64,000 bases of DNA from Candidatus Latescibacterota bacterium (GTDB lineage: Bacteria > Latescibacterota > UBA2968 > UBA8231): assembly GCA_965197905.1 (NCBI GenBank), contig CBDAOB010000005.1, positions 1,152,001 through 1,216,000 on the forward strand. The letters are read 5' to 3'. This document shows, in pieces, positions 1 to 10,606 of the stretch. The position numbers and the translations under genes were made by a program. The notes below the pieces were generated by a model. It saw only the letters and a list, made by a program, of their open reading frames with translations, searched no databases and was not told the origin of the DNA. Within the stretch, counting starts at the first letter, position 1; each line of letters starts with the position of its first letter.

Positions 1-265
1 CTTCATTCTCGTGCAAGTCGTCTAGTGCCCTGAAGAGCAGGCCAAACGGCTTGCGCGCCTCTTCGTGGTTTATCTCGTCTCCGGCGCCGTCCGCTTCCAG
101 CACCGGCATCGCCCGGCCTGCCACTATCATGTCCTGGCGCAGGGGTTGAATCTCACGGGGAAGAAACTGCAGCGTCAGACCGGAGGCATCCATCACGTCA
201 CCCACCACCGCCGTGAACAACTCCGACTTCACCAAGTGAAACAATTCATTATCGCTTTTCCACAT
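1..265 (-). CDS. RraA/HMG-aldolase-like family protein (5' part; runs off window start)
   Basis: Not in the ORF track. Manual minus-strand translation from ATG 265 (in-frame ATG also at 280): MWKSDNELFHLVKSELFTAVVGDVMD...EIQPLRQDMIVAGRAMPV...KPFGLLFRALDDL, an RraA-like N-terminus. Confidence 0.75.
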   Translation of the reverse strand, partial: MWKSDNELFHLVKSELFTAVVGDVMDASGLTLQFLPREIQPLRQDMIVAGRAMPVLEADGAGDEINHEEARKPFGLLFRALDDLHENE

Positions 266-392
266 GGCTACCCCGCCCATACATTTGGGAGATGATCCTT
301 CACGAGAGATTCGGACTCCGGAATATCGAACCGCCACCTGGGACGGTCAATAATCGGCGTAGGCATTGTTCGCTAGTGAGGTCGGTGCCGGG

Positions 393-2261
393 ATGAGTTC
401 TATTGCGGAACTCCTTGGCAAGGGATGCTCTTGGACGAAGGCCGTGCTCCTCCTGTCGGTGTCCGGGATAGCCGTCTATCTCAACGCCTTGGATTCGCCC
501 TTTATCTACGACGACCTGGATCTGATCGTACAAAACCTGGACATCCGCCAGCTCTGGCCTCCCCTGTGGATGTCCGAGACCTCCACCTGGTACGGCTCGG
601 TAAATCATCGGCCTGTGGTAGCCTTGAGTCTGGCGATCAACTACCGTCTCGGCGAATTGGATGTGTTCGGCTACCACGTCGTCAACCTTCTCGTGCACCT
701 CTGCGCCGGGCTGGTTGTTTTCGGTCTCGTTCATCGTACTCTGCTCAGCGACGAGCTCAAGCATAGATTCGGCGACAGAGCTTTGGTCCTGGCCACGATC
801 TGCGCGCTGACTTGGCTCCTGCATCCGCTCCAGAGCCAGGTCGTGAACTACACCTTGCAACGCAGCGAATCGCTCATGGGGTTCTTCTACCTGACCACCT
901 GTTACTGCTTCGTGCGCGGCTGCCAATCTTCCCGAGCCGGCTGGTTCGTTGTTGCCGTAGGTGCTTGTGCCCTGGGAATGGCGAGCAAAGAGTCGATGGT
1001 CACAGCGCCGGTTGCGGTCTTGATTTTGGATCGCATATACTGTGCGGACTCGTTTGCGAAGATGTTTCGGGAACGATGGACCGCTTATCTAGGGCTTGCG
1101 CTCACCTGGACGATTATAGTTCTACTCACGTGGTCCGGACCGCACCGCGGAACGGTGGGATTCTCCTCCGGGATCACGAGCTGGGTGTATCTGGTAAACC
1201 AGATTGCAGTGGTCGCCCGGTACCTGCAGCTATCGTTCTGGCCATATCCTCTGCTGTTGGATTACGGCTGGCCCAACCCAAATCTGCAGCTCGCGGATGT
1301 CGTGCCGCAGCTGCTATTGATAACCACAATCGCTGCGATCACTGCGGCCGCCCTTGTCAAAGCACCCAAATTCGGTTTCCTGGGCATCTGGTTCTTCCTT
1401 ACGTTGGTCCCGACCTCTAGCGTTGTGCCGATCGTCAACGAGGTCGCTGCAGAGAGAAGGATGTACCTGCCGCTGTTAGGGATTGTGGTAGTGGTGGTGA
1501 TGGGATCGAGCCTGATGCTGCAGGGTCTTCAACGCGCAGGGCCATATGGCTGGGTGTCGCACATCCGTTTTCCTGCAGCCGCCGTGGTAATTGTGGTGTT
1601 GGGCGCGACCACCATCCTTCGCAACCAGGACTACGACAGCGGGTTGTCGATCTGGAAGTCGGTGATTGTCCAGCGACCAGAAAATGCACGGGCTTACAAC
1701 AATCTCGGACACGCCTATGCGGCTGAGGGCGCGCACGCAAAAGCAGCGGACTACTATCGAGCGGCGGTGGAGCTGCGCCCAGCTTATCCCCAAGCACACA
1801 ACAATCTCGGCAATGAGCTGGCGGCCATGGGCGCCCACGACGAAGCTATCGCCAGCTACCGGAGGGCTCTGGAGATCAAGCCGGCTTACGCGAAGGCCGC
1901 TTATAATCTGGGAAACGTCTTGAAATCGCTGCAGGAGACAGGCCCCGCGATCGCCTCGTACCGGCAAGCTCTAGCCGTCAGTCCCGATTTCGTAGCGGCG
2001 CGCAACAACCTCGCCAACACCTTGCTTTCGAGCGGGGCGGTCGACGAGGCGATTGTGCAGTACGAACGCGTCCTGTCCGTGCGCGCCAACGCCATGGTTC
2101 ACAACAACCTCGGGACGGCTCTGATGTCCCAGGGCAAGCTGTCGGCCGCGGCCGTGCATCTGCGCCGAGCCTTTGAGTTGGACCCTCAACTGACACAGGC
2201 GAGAGAGAATCTCGCCGATCTTCGCCGGCAGCTCGGAGAGCCGACGTCGACAAATGAGTAG
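393..2261 (+). CDS. TMTC-like GT-C membrane glycosyltransferase with C-terminal TPRs
   Basis: Motifs FIYDD, HRPV, HPLQSQVVNY..QRSE, SKE and AERRMYLP; many TM helices; about 6 TPRs with A(H/Y)NNLG. ORF is open from 366; ATG 393 chosen as start. Confidence 0.85.
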   Translation: MSSIAELLGKGCSWTKAVLLLSVSGIAVYLNALDSPFIYDDLDLIVQNLDIRQLWPPLWMSETSTWYGSVNHRPVVALSLAINYRLGELDVFGYHVVNLLVHLCAGLVVFGLVHRTLLSDELKHRFGDRALVLATICALTWLLHPLQSQVVNYTLQRSESLMGFFYLTTCYCFVRGCQSSRAGWFVVAVGACALGMASKESMVTAPVAVLILDRIYCADSFAKMFRERWTAYLGLALTWTIIVLLTWSGPHRGTVGFSSGITSWVYLVNQIAVVARYLQLSFWPYPLLLDYGWPNPNLQLADVVPQLLLITTIAAITAAALVKAPKFGFLGIWFFLTLVPTSSVVPIVNEVAAERRMYLPLLGIVVVVVMGSSLMLQGLQRAGPYGWVSHIRFPAAAVVIVVLGATTILRNQDYDSGLSIWKSVIVQRPENARAYNNLGHAYAAEGAHAKAADYYRAAVELRPAYPQAHNNLGNELAAMGAHDEAIASYRRALEIKPAYAKAAYNLGNVLKSLQETGPAIASYRQALAVSPDFVAARNNLANTLLSSGAVDEAIVQYERVLSVRANAMVHNNLGTALMSQGKLSAAAVHLRRAFELDPQLTQARENLADLRRQLGEPTSTNE

Positions 2262-4510
2262 CGACCAACGGCATTTCGTTTTGGGGGGTCTGTTGATCGT
2301 TGTCGGCCTGGGCATCTACGCCAACAGCATCTACAACCCGTTCATCTTCGACGATCTGCGTTCGATCGTCGACAACGGTGATATCAAGAGGTTGTGGCCC
2401 CCGACGTGGGCGCCCAGTGAGAATGCGCAGTATCCACCGGTAAACAGTAGGCCCTTGGTCAGCTTTTCTTTGGCCCTGAACTACGCCATCGGAGGACTGT
2501 CGGTAACCGGGTACCATCTTTTCAATCTGGGTGTTCATCTGCTCTCCTCCATTGTGTTGCTGTCGATCCTGTGGCAGCTGCTGCGCTGGAAGGAGCGCTT
2601 GAGGCCTGCCGGCGTCCGGGCTGAATGGATAGCGGTAGGGTCAGCTCTGGTGTGGATGGTTCATCCGCTTCACAGCCAGACCATCAACTACGTTGTTCAA
2701 CGAAGTGAGCTGCTGGTCGGACTGTTCTATCTGCTTACGATCCACTTCTCAATCCTCAGGTTTCACGCCGGTTCGCGCTTCTGGAGCCTGGCGGCGGTCG
2801 GCGCATGCGCCGCGGGCATGGGCAGCAAGGAGGTGATGGTGACGGCGCCAATCATGGTGCTGGCCTTGCATCGATTCTTCGCTGCGCCGACCCTCCGGGC
2901 GGCTCTGGCGGATTGTCCGAAGCTATACGCTGGGCTCTCGGCGACGTGGCTGATCCTCCTAGCTCTCCAATGGTCGGATCCCCACGGAAGCTCGGTCGGT
3001 TTCGGGGGCCGGGTTTCGCCCTGGATTTACGCACTGAACCAAAGCTGGGTGGTGCCGCATTACCTCAGGCTAGCGATCTGGCCCGATCCGCTGGTGTTGG
3101 ACTATGGTTTTCCGGATACCACCCTGACTCTCGCTACAGCAGGACCCGAAGCCGGCCTGCTGCTTCTGATGCTGGCAGCATCCCTGTTTGGTATCTGGAG
3201 ACGCTCCTCGCTCGGCCTGCTCGGTCTGTGGTTTTTTCTGATTCTCGCGCCAACCTCCAGTTTCGTGCCGATTGCCAATGAGGTGGCTGCCGAGAGGCGG
3301 GTCTATCTCTCGCTGGCCGCTGTCTCCGTGCTGGTGGTGTGGATGATGTATTGGGGTCTAGGTCTGCTCGGGTCGAATCATCAAACCGCAACAGGCACCC
3401 GCTTTCGACGCCATGAAATCCTGGGCGGGCTGGTGGTGCTCGGCGTAGCGTCAGGCTTGAGCTACCGGACGGTCGTGCGAAATGTGGAGCACCAGGAGGA
3501 AGATTGCGGTGTGGCGGTCATCGGTGGCTGCGGTGCCCGAGAATCCCAGGGCTCACAACAACCTGGGGGTGCTACTTAGGTCGGGGGGACAACTTGCGGA
3601 GGCGATCGAACAGTATCGGCACGCACTCCGCCTCAAACCGGACTACGCCGAAGCAAACTACAATCTCGGCAACGCGTTGGAAATGACCGCAGATCTGGAG
3701 CAGGCGGTCTACCATTACCGTCAGGCGTTAAAGGCCGATCCCGAATACGCGAAGGCCCACAACAATCTGGGCTTGGTTCTAAAGTCACGCGGCCGACTGG
3801 GAGAAGCTATCGGACATTACCGACAGGCGCGGCGGCTGAACCCTAGAGCGCCCGAAACCCATAACAATCTGGCCGGCGCCTTGGAAGCGATCGGGCAGAC
3901 CGACTCGGCGGTGGCCGCCTATCGACGTGCACTGGGGTTGAGAGCCGACTATGCCGAAGCTCATCAGAACCTGGCAAACCTGCTCAAACGAAGGGGGCAA
4001 GTGCAGGCCGCGGTTCGGCATTACAGACAGGCAATTGCTATCGATTCGACGTTCGTGGAAGCCCACAACAACCTGGGTGTTGTTCTCGGTGGGCAGGGTG
4101 AACGGGAGAAGGCGATCCACCACTTTCGCAGAGCGGTCCATTTCGATCTGGAGTACGCCAAGGCGCACAACAACCTTGGCAACCTGCTGAAATCCGCGGG
4201 TGAAATCGCTTCCGCCATCGAACACTATGAGGCTGCGCTACGTATCGATCCGGCGTTCTCCGAGGCGCACAACAATCTGGGTGTGGCGTTTGGGGCGAAC
4301 AGGCTTTCGGAAGCCTCCATTCACCATTTCGAGAGGGCGGTGGAGCTGGATTCGAACTATGTGCGGGCGCGGCACAATCTTGGCGTAGCGTTGCACATCG
4401 CTGGGCGCCTCGATGAGGCGATTCATCAGTACGAGCTGGCGTTGAAGATCGATCCGAATCTTGCCGTTGCTCGACGAACCCTGGAGATGGCACGGAAACA
4501 GCGAAAGTGA
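2254..4510 (+). CDS. Second TMTC-like GT-C/TPR protein, split by a one-base frameshift near 3500
   Basis: ORF 2254-3579 holds the membrane domain (FIFDD, SRPL, QRSE, SKE, AERRVYL) and ORF 3482-4510 holds about 9 TPRs. Removing one base at about 3500 gives RNVEHQEEIAVW, colinear with RNQDYDSGLSIW in the upstream paralogue. Confidence 0.8.
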
Positions 4511-4520
4511 GGAGCGGCTC

Positions 4521-5573
4521 TCAAAAGGAGATCACGCCGCCACCGAGGCAGGTGTCTCCTTCGTATACGACGGCATGTTGGCCCGGTGCCACCCCCATAT
4601 CCGGGGTTTGCAACGCCACGCGAATCCCGGAAGTCTCGTTGTGGTCGACGGTGCAATCGTGAAAGTCGGGTCCATGCCGAAGCTTTACCCGCAGCCGTGA
4701 TGGGTTCGGAGGGGGCTCCGAGATCCAGTTGAACGGTCCGGTCTCGAACACCCGGCGTCCGTGGGGCACAAGGTCTTTCCCATGGGCGACGTACACCACG
4801 TTTTCGTCAACCGCTTTGCCCACCACATACCACGGTCCGCCGCCGAGCGAGAGACCGTGCCGCTGTCCGATGGTGTGAAACCAGTACCCCCGGTGCTCGC
4901 CCAAAACCCTGCCGCTGGCGAGTTCGACGATCTTGCCAGGTTTCTCACCCAGGTGAAAGGCGACGAAATCCCGATAGCTGATCTTGCCGAGAAAACAGAT
5001 ACCCTGACTGTCCGGACGATCCTTGTTGCACAATTCGTACTCCGCTGCCAGCGCTCGCACCTGCGACTTGGAGAGGTCCCCGATGGGGAAACGCAGCCTA
5101 TCTAGTTGGTCCGGACGTAAGCTGGAAAGAAAGTAGGTCTGGTCTTTCACCGGATCGGAACCACACCGCAGAATGGCTCGCTCCTCGCGCCGTTCCAGGC
5201 GGGCGTAGTGGCCGGATGCGACCGTTGAGTCGGCGGGGAGCAGGTCGGCGAAGGCGCCGAACTTGATCCGCTGATTACAGAAGATGTCGGGGCTCGGCGT
5301 ACGCCCGCGACGCAGCTCGTCCAGAGCGTAGGTTACCACCCGATCCAGGTATTCCTGTTGCAGGGGTACGATCTCCAACGGAACGCCGATCTGCTCACAA
5401 ACCGATCGGGCCAAGCGAAGGTCGGCATCCCAGGGGCAGTCACCGAGGAACGCAAGCTCCTCTTCGAGCCAAATCTTCAAGTAGAAGGCAGTCAGTTCGT
5501 GTCCCTCGCGGGCGAGCAAATGCAAGGCAACAGAGCTGTCCACCCCTCCAGAAAGCAGTACGGAGATCTTCAT
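4521..5573 (-). CDS. mnmA: tRNA 2-thiouridine(34) synthase
   Basis: SGGVDS PP-loop, PSPDIFCN..IKFG, SGHYA, KDQTYFL, DSQGICF, TIGQR, APGQ. Confidence 0.95.
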   Translation of the reverse strand: MKISVLLSGGVDSSVALHLLAREGHELTAFYLKIWLEEELAFLGDCPWDADLRLARSVCEQIGVPLEIVPLQQEYLDRVVTYALDELRRGRTPSPDIFCNQRIKFGAFADLLPADSTVASGHYARLERREERAILRCGSDPVKDQTYFLSSLRPDQLDRLRFPIGDLSKSQVRALAAEYELCNKDRPDSQGICFLGKISYRDFVAFHLGEKPGKIVELASGRVLGEHRGYWFHTIGQRHGLSLGGGPWYVVGKAVDENVVYVAHGKDLVPHGRRVFETGPFNWISEPPPNPSRLRVKLRHGPDFHDCTVDHNETSGIRVALQTPDMGVAPGQHAVVYEGDTCLGGGVISF

Positions 5574-5663
5574 CGAGTCACCGACATGACGGTATCAGAG
5601 TTGTCTTCTTTTGAGCGCAGATGATCTCCTCGCTATTTTAGCAACTCTCGACCGCCGGGGGAA

Positions 5664-6869
5664 ATGCGGGGCAGCTTGGCTGAAGTATCCAAAAGAAACC
5701 TGATTTTTTCCGTCTATCTGCCCGCCCTGTGCCTGGCCTTCTGCCGCGGACTCCTGTTGCCAGTACTCCCGCTCTACGTCCGCTCCTTCGACGCCTCTTA
5801 CAGCCTGGTGGGTGTAGTTTTGGCGGCCGAGTCGTTCGGTACCCTCCTATCAGACGTCCCAGCAGGCATGCTGCTGCGGAAACTGGGGCAGAAACCGGTA
5901 ATGCTGCTGGGGCTCGGACTTGTGGTGCTGGGTACGTCCGCTCTCGCCTTTGCCGGAAATCTGCTGCAGGTGTTCCTGTTTCATCTCCTTTCCGGCGTAG
6001 GCGCGGCATTGTGGCACACATCGCGCCACGCCTACCTGGCCGAGGTCGTTCCGATGCGACAGCTGGGAAGGGCGAATTCGACCATGGGCGGCATGGGCCG
6101 GATGGGGGGTTTCTTTGGACCGGTGATGGGTGGTGTGGTGGCGTCCAGCTTCGGGCTGCGGGCGCCGTTTCTGCTGTACGGTGCCGTCGGTGCTGTCGCT
6201 TTAGTTGCGGTTGCCCTTTGGGTTACGCGGGCAGGTACCACCTACAGCCGTCGCCCCTCCCCGGCACTAGGCTCGCTGCTCAAAGACCATTCCAGGGCCC
6301 TGGCAACCGCAGGAACCGGCCAGGTTTTCGCGCAGCTTATCCGTACGGCGAGAGGGGTCATCATTCCGCTTTACGCGGCGGACGTGATCGGGCTCGATCT
6401 GAAATCGGTGGGTCTGATCATGAGTCTCGCGGCGCTCCTCGATATGAGTCTATTCTATCCGGCCGGAATTCTCATGGATCGCTGGGGTCGAAAATACGCC
6501 ACTGTTCCCTGTTTTCTGATTCAGGGGGCAGGCATGGCTCTGATCCCGCTGAGCACAGGATTCGGTTTGCTCCTGGTCGCCGCTCTGGTCATCGGATTGG
6601 GCAACGGCATCGGTGCGGGAACCATGATGACACTGGGAGCGGATCTTGCGCCGTCCAATGCCCGTGGGGAGTTTCTGGGGATCTGGCGTTTCATCGGAGA
6701 CGGCGGACACGCTGGTGGCTCGCTTGCGGTGGGAAGCCTTGGAGACCTGCTCGGCATATCCTCCACCCCGTTCGTAATCGCAGGTGTGGGTGTGCTGGCA
6801 GCTGCCATACTGGGGCTGCTCGTGCCGGAGACCCTGGTGAAGTCGGGGGATCGACGGTCTCTCGCATAA
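5664..6869 (+). CDS. MFS transporter
   Basis: About 12 TM segments, motif A-like G.LMDRWGRK, two-fold internal repeat. Confidence 0.85.
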   Translation: MRGSLAEVSKRNLIFSVYLPALCLAFCRGLLLPVLPLYVRSFDASYSLVGVVLAAESFGTLLSDVPAGMLLRKLGQKPVMLLGLGLVVLGTSALAFAGNLLQVFLFHLLSGVGAALWHTSRHAYLAEVVPMRQLGRANSTMGGMGRMGGFFGPVMGGVVASSFGLRAPFLLYGAVGAVALVAVALWVTRAGTTYSRRPSPALGSLLKDHSRALATAGTGQVFAQLIRTARGVIIPLYAADVIGLDLKSVGLIMSLAALLDMSLFYPAGILMDRWGRKYATVPCFLIQGAGMALIPLSTGFGLLLVAALVIGLGNGIGAGTMMTLGADLAPSNARGEFLGIWRFIGDGGHAGGSLAVGSLGDLLGISSTPFVIAGVGVLAAAILGLLVPETLVKSGDRRSLA

Positions 6870-6888
6870 GAGGGATGTAATCTCAAAA

Positions 6889-7833
6889 GTGCAACCGGTA
6901 ATTCTCGATGTCGATCCGGGGGTTGATGACGCCCTCGCCATCATCCTGGCTTTGCGATCTCCCGAGCTCGACGTCATCGGCGTGACCACGGTGTGTGGCA
7001 ACGTGCCCGTCGACCTGGCGACGACCAACGCGCTGCAGATCCTCGAGCTCATGCAGCGTTCCGACGTGCCGGTGTTTGCCGGGGCCGGCCGGCCGCTAAA
7101 ACGGAAGCCGGTTCACGCGGGGCATGTTCATGGTGAGACCGGCCTCGGCGAGGCTGTCCTGCCTGAACCCAGCACAGCTGCCTGCGGCGATGCCGTGGGG
7201 TTTCTCATCGACTCCATTTCCTTGCGTCCTGGCGACGTCGCCGTGATAGCCCTGGGGCCGTTGACCAATCTCGCTCTCGCCGAAGCTCGTCAGCCGGGGA
7301 TACTCAGTCGCGCCCGCAACGTAATGGTCATGGGGGGAGCCCTGCTGGAACCTGGGAATGTCAGCCCCGTCGCGGAATTCAATTTCTTTGTCGATCCCGA
7401 CGCGGCTCGGCAGGTATTGCGACTAAAGGCGAATCTGACCTTGGTACCGCTGGACGTTACCCGCAAAGCGGTACTGATGGAGGAATCCGCCTACGAGGCG
7501 GCGCGGGGTGGAGATCCGATTGCGGTATTCTGCGAGGCGGCTGTGCGCACCGCCATCGAGCATGGTGAGAAAACCACCGGTGTCCGTGGCATCTGTCTGC
7601 ATGATCCGCTCGTGGTGGGACTGGCGTGCGATCCGCAACTGTGCGATATGGAGGTCTCATGGATCGAGATAGAGACGGAAGGAGAGCTTACGCGGGGGCA
7701 GGTGGTCTTGGATCGCCGGCCAAATCCGGGGAGGGGTCGGTCGGGAAGGCCGGTGAAATGTGCCAGCGAGCTGAAGTCAGAGCTTTTTATGGAGATGTTT
7801 TTGCAGCGAGCGCTTGGACGCGCGGCCAGATGA
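6889..7833 (+). CDS. Inosine-uridine preferring nucleoside hydrolase family
   Basis: DVDPGVDD, HGETGLG, GPLTNLA, AEFNFFVDP, LHDP. Confidence 0.9.
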   Translation: MQPVILDVDPGVDDALAIILALRSPELDVIGVTTVCGNVPVDLATTNALQILELMQRSDVPVFAGAGRPLKRKPVHAGHVHGETGLGEAVLPEPSTAACGDAVGFLIDSISLRPGDVAVIALGPLTNLALAEARQPGILSRARNVMVMGGALLEPGNVSPVAEFNFFVDPDAARQVLRLKANLTLVPLDVTRKAVLMEESAYEAARGGDPIAVFCEAAVRTAIEHGEKTTGVRGICLHDPLVVGLACDPQLCDMEVSWIEIETEGELTRGQVVLDRRPNPGRGRSGRPVKCASELKSELFMEMFLQRALGRAAR

Positions 7834-7834
7834 G

Positions 7835-8335
7835 GTGAAGAATCCTCGAGTTGTCGTCTTGATGGGGGTCACCGGCAGCGGCAAGACTACCGTTGGCAAG
7901 CTCCTGGCGACTCACCTCGGACGTCCCTTCTTCGACGGCGACGATTTTCACAACGAGGCCAACGTTGAGAAGATGCGCGCCGGCTTGCCGCTTTCGGATG
8001 AAGATCGGTGGCCGTGGTTACAGAGCCTGGCAGGGAAGATTGACGAGTGGGTTGCCTCTGAAACCGGTGCCATTTTGGGATGTTCAGCATTGAAACAATC
8101 CTACCGTGATTTGCTTGTCGGGGAGCGTTCAGAGGTCGGTCTGGTCTATCTGCGGGGCTCTGCTGAATTGATCTCCCGACGGCTCACCGAGCGCGTACAC
8201 GAGTACATGCCGGCCTCACTGCTCACCAGCCAGTTCGAGACCCTCGAAGAGCCGCGGCACGCCTGTACCGTCGATATTGCGCCGCCCTCCGAAGAGATCG
8301 TGCGGGAGATAGCTATGCGCTTGGAGTTGTATTGA
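7835..8335 (+). CDS. gntK: Gluconokinase (GntK/IdnK type)
   Basis: MGVTGSGKTT P-loop, DGDDFH, KMRAGLPLSDEDRWPWL, CSALK, LLTSQFETLEEP; GTG start 7835. Confidence 0.9.
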   Translation: MKNPRVVVLMGVTGSGKTTVGKLLATHLGRPFFDGDDFHNEANVEKMRAGLPLSDEDRWPWLQSLAGKIDEWVASETGAILGCSALKQSYRDLLVGERSEVGLVYLRGSAELISRRLTERVHEYMPASLLTSQFETLEEPRHACTVDIAPPSEEIVREIAMRLELY

Positions 8336-8359
8336 TCTCACCTAAATCAGGGACTAACA

Positions 8360-8959
8360 GTGGCTAAGCCGAAGATTGAAAACTGGGAAAAGATCGACAG
8401 CCAGGAGGTGGTCGATTGCAAGATTCTACGAGTGCGCCGGGACCGCTCGAGGTCGCCGCGTACCGGGTCGGTCCACGACGTTCACATTCTGGAGATGCCG
8501 GACTGGATCAACGTGGTTCCCGTGACCGCAGAGGGGAACGTGGTTCTCATTCGCCAGTTTCGTCACGGCATGGAAGAGACGAAACTGGAGATACCGGGTG
8601 GAGCCGTTGAGGCGGGGGAAGCGGATCCCATGCAAGCAGCGCGCAGAGAGTTGCTGGAGGAAACGGGGTATGCAGCAGAGACTCTCGTATCCCTCGGCTC
8701 GGTAGCCCCGAATCCCGCAATACAAAACAACCGATGTTCCAGTTTTCTAGCGGTGAATGCGGCGCTGGCAGGAGGGCAGCAGCTTGACGACGGAGAAGAT
8801 ATCGAGGTCGAAGAGGTGCCATTTCGTTCGATACCCGAACTGATTCGAGACGGCACCATCAATCACAGTCTCGTGGTTGTAGCGTTTTATCTGTTGGAAA
8901 AGTATCTCGAAACCAATCCGCTCTCAGTATTGAAACCAGAGAAACAGGCCGAGAAATAG
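8360..8959 (+). CDS. NUDIX hydrolase (ADP-ribose pyrophosphatase-like)
   Basis: Nudix box EIPGG...AARRELLEETGY and LIRQFR. Confidence 0.88.
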   Translation: MAKPKIENWEKIDSQEVVDCKILRVRRDRSRSPRTGSVHDVHILEMPDWINVVPVTAEGNVVLIRQFRHGMEETKLEIPGGAVEAGEADPMQAARRELLEETGYAAETLVSLGSVAPNPAIQNNRCSSFLAVNAALAGGQQLDDGEDIEVEEVPFRSIPELIRDGTINHSLVVVAFYLLEKYLETNPLSVLKPEKQAEK

Positions 8960-10606
8960 CACGACAAGCAAAGCGCCGCTACTGGTTCTCCAACCCTTGC
9001 CGAACAGTCCGCCCGGGCCGTTGAGAATCTCCGCGATGGCCATCAATCCGAACGCGAGAAGCTTTAGGCTTCCCAGGCCGACATCCCGCAGCGGAGCCCC
9101 GATTCGCGTGAATCCGCGAACGGTTGCCGGCAGTAGCTTGCGGTAGACCCAGTCGGTATCGACGTTGACGCAGGGTAGCTCGGGCGTCTCCAGATGTCGC
9201 AACGCCAGCACTGCGAACGCCAAAAGCGCGAACACCAGAAGCTGCAGCTGGGTGACCACGTGGCCGGTCGTATACGGCTCGAAGTCCACAGAGTGGGGCA
9301 GGATCGCGTAGAGTGGCGCGGGATAGACCCCAATGCCGACGCAGAGGGCCGCGGTGATTCCCATGGCTACGAGCATGTTCCAAGGTGCTTCTTTGCAGCG
9401 CAGCCCGGAGTTGTGACCGAAGAAGCCGTAGAATGGGATCTTGATACCGGAGTACACGCCGGCAGAGGCGAAGAGGAGAACGAACCAGGCAGCCGTGTAA
9501 CCTCCGTTGGCGACGGAGGTCAGAGTCAGGGATTTGGTCACAAAACCACTGAACAACGGGAATGCGGATATGGAAGCGGCTCCGATGATACAAAAGAAGG
9601 TCGTCAAAGGCATCGACTTGTAGAGTCCGCCCAACTCAGATGCCTTCACGGTTCCCACACGATGCAGGACCGCACCCATAGACATGAACAATAGCGCCTT
9701 GTAGAGGATGTGGGCGAAGGCATGGGAGACGGCGCCGTTGATCCCCATCGCTGTTCCCACTCCGATGCCGACTACCATGAATCCCAGTTGATTGTTAAGG
9801 CTATAGGCCAGCACTCTGCGCAGGTCATTCTCAATCACCGCGAAAAACACAGGAAAGGCTGTCATCGCCACCCCGATCGGAATCAGGATATCGGTGCCCG
9901 GATAACCGCGGGCGAGGGTGTAGACCGCCAGCTTGGTGGTAAAAGCACTCAGAAAGACGGTTCCCGTTACGGTCGCTTCGGGATAGGCATCCTGGAGCCA
10001 GTTGTGCAGGAAGGGGAAGGCACATTTGATGCCGAAGGCCAGAAAGATCAACTTGCCACCCAGGCTATCGATTCCCAGCTCCCCGAAGATGATCGATCCG
10101 GTTTCGTGGACGTGCATCAGCACGCCTGCCAGAAGTATTACGCCGGATCCGACCTGAATGACCAGATAACGCATGCCGGCCTTGTACGCCCGTTCGGTGC
10201 GCGAGCTCCAGATCAGAAAGACCGAAGAGATCGCGGTTAGCTCCCAGTAGACGAACAGGGTGATGAGGTCGCCGGCGAAGGCGCCCCCGATGGCGCTGCC
10301 GGCGTAGATCAACCCCGCCACATGTTGGGTGTTGTCTTTCAGGTGAAGCGCATACACCACGCTCAGAATCGCGGCGATGTGGAAGATGTAGCCGAATACG
10401 AGGCTGAGCTTGTCGATGCGAACGGCGGCGAGGGTGTAGTCGAAGATCTCGATCTGCCCGTAGATGCCCGGCGACATGTGGTAGAGGTGCGCGAGGCTCG
10501 CCACGGGCAACAGCAGGAGGTATACGGCCTGCAATCGCGTCCGCAGCAGCGGTACCAGCAAGGCACCCAGGATCATCACCGATCCGGGCGGCAGATTAAC
10601 CGTCAT
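8924..10606 (-). CDS. Mrp/Mnh Na+/H+ antiporter proton-translocating subunit (MrpD/MrpA-like, third copy)
   Basis: WLQDAYPEA, LSAFTTK, LAYSLNNQLG, AHILYKALLFM; last gene of the Mrp operon. Confidence 0.88.
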   Translation of the reverse strand: MTVNLPPGSVMILGALLVPLLRTRLQAVYLLLLPVASLAHLYHMSPGIYGQIEIFDYTLAAVRIDKLSLVFGYIFHIAAILSVVYALHLKDNTQHVAGLIYAGSAIGGAFAGDLITLFVYWELTAISSVFLIWSSRTERAYKAGMRYLVIQVGSGVILLAGVLMHVHETGSIIFGELGIDSLGGKLIFLAFGIKCAFPFLHNWLQDAYPEATVTGTVFLSAFTTKLAVYTLARGYPGTDILIPIGVAMTAFPVFFAVIENDLRRVLAYSLNNQLGFMVVGIGVGTAMGINGAVSHAFAHILYKALLFMSMGAVLHRVGTVKASELGGLYKSMPLTTFFCIIGAASISAFPLFSGFVTKSLTLTSVANGGYTAAWFVLLFASAGVYSGIKIPFYGFFGHNSGLRCKEAPWNMLVAMGITAALCVGIGVYPAPLYAILPHSVDFEPYTTGHVVTQLQLLVFALLAFAVLALRHLETPELPCVNVDTDWVYRKLLPATVRGFTRIGAPLRDVGLGSLKLLAFGLMAIAEILNGPGGLFGKGWRTSSGALLVVLFLGLFLWFQY

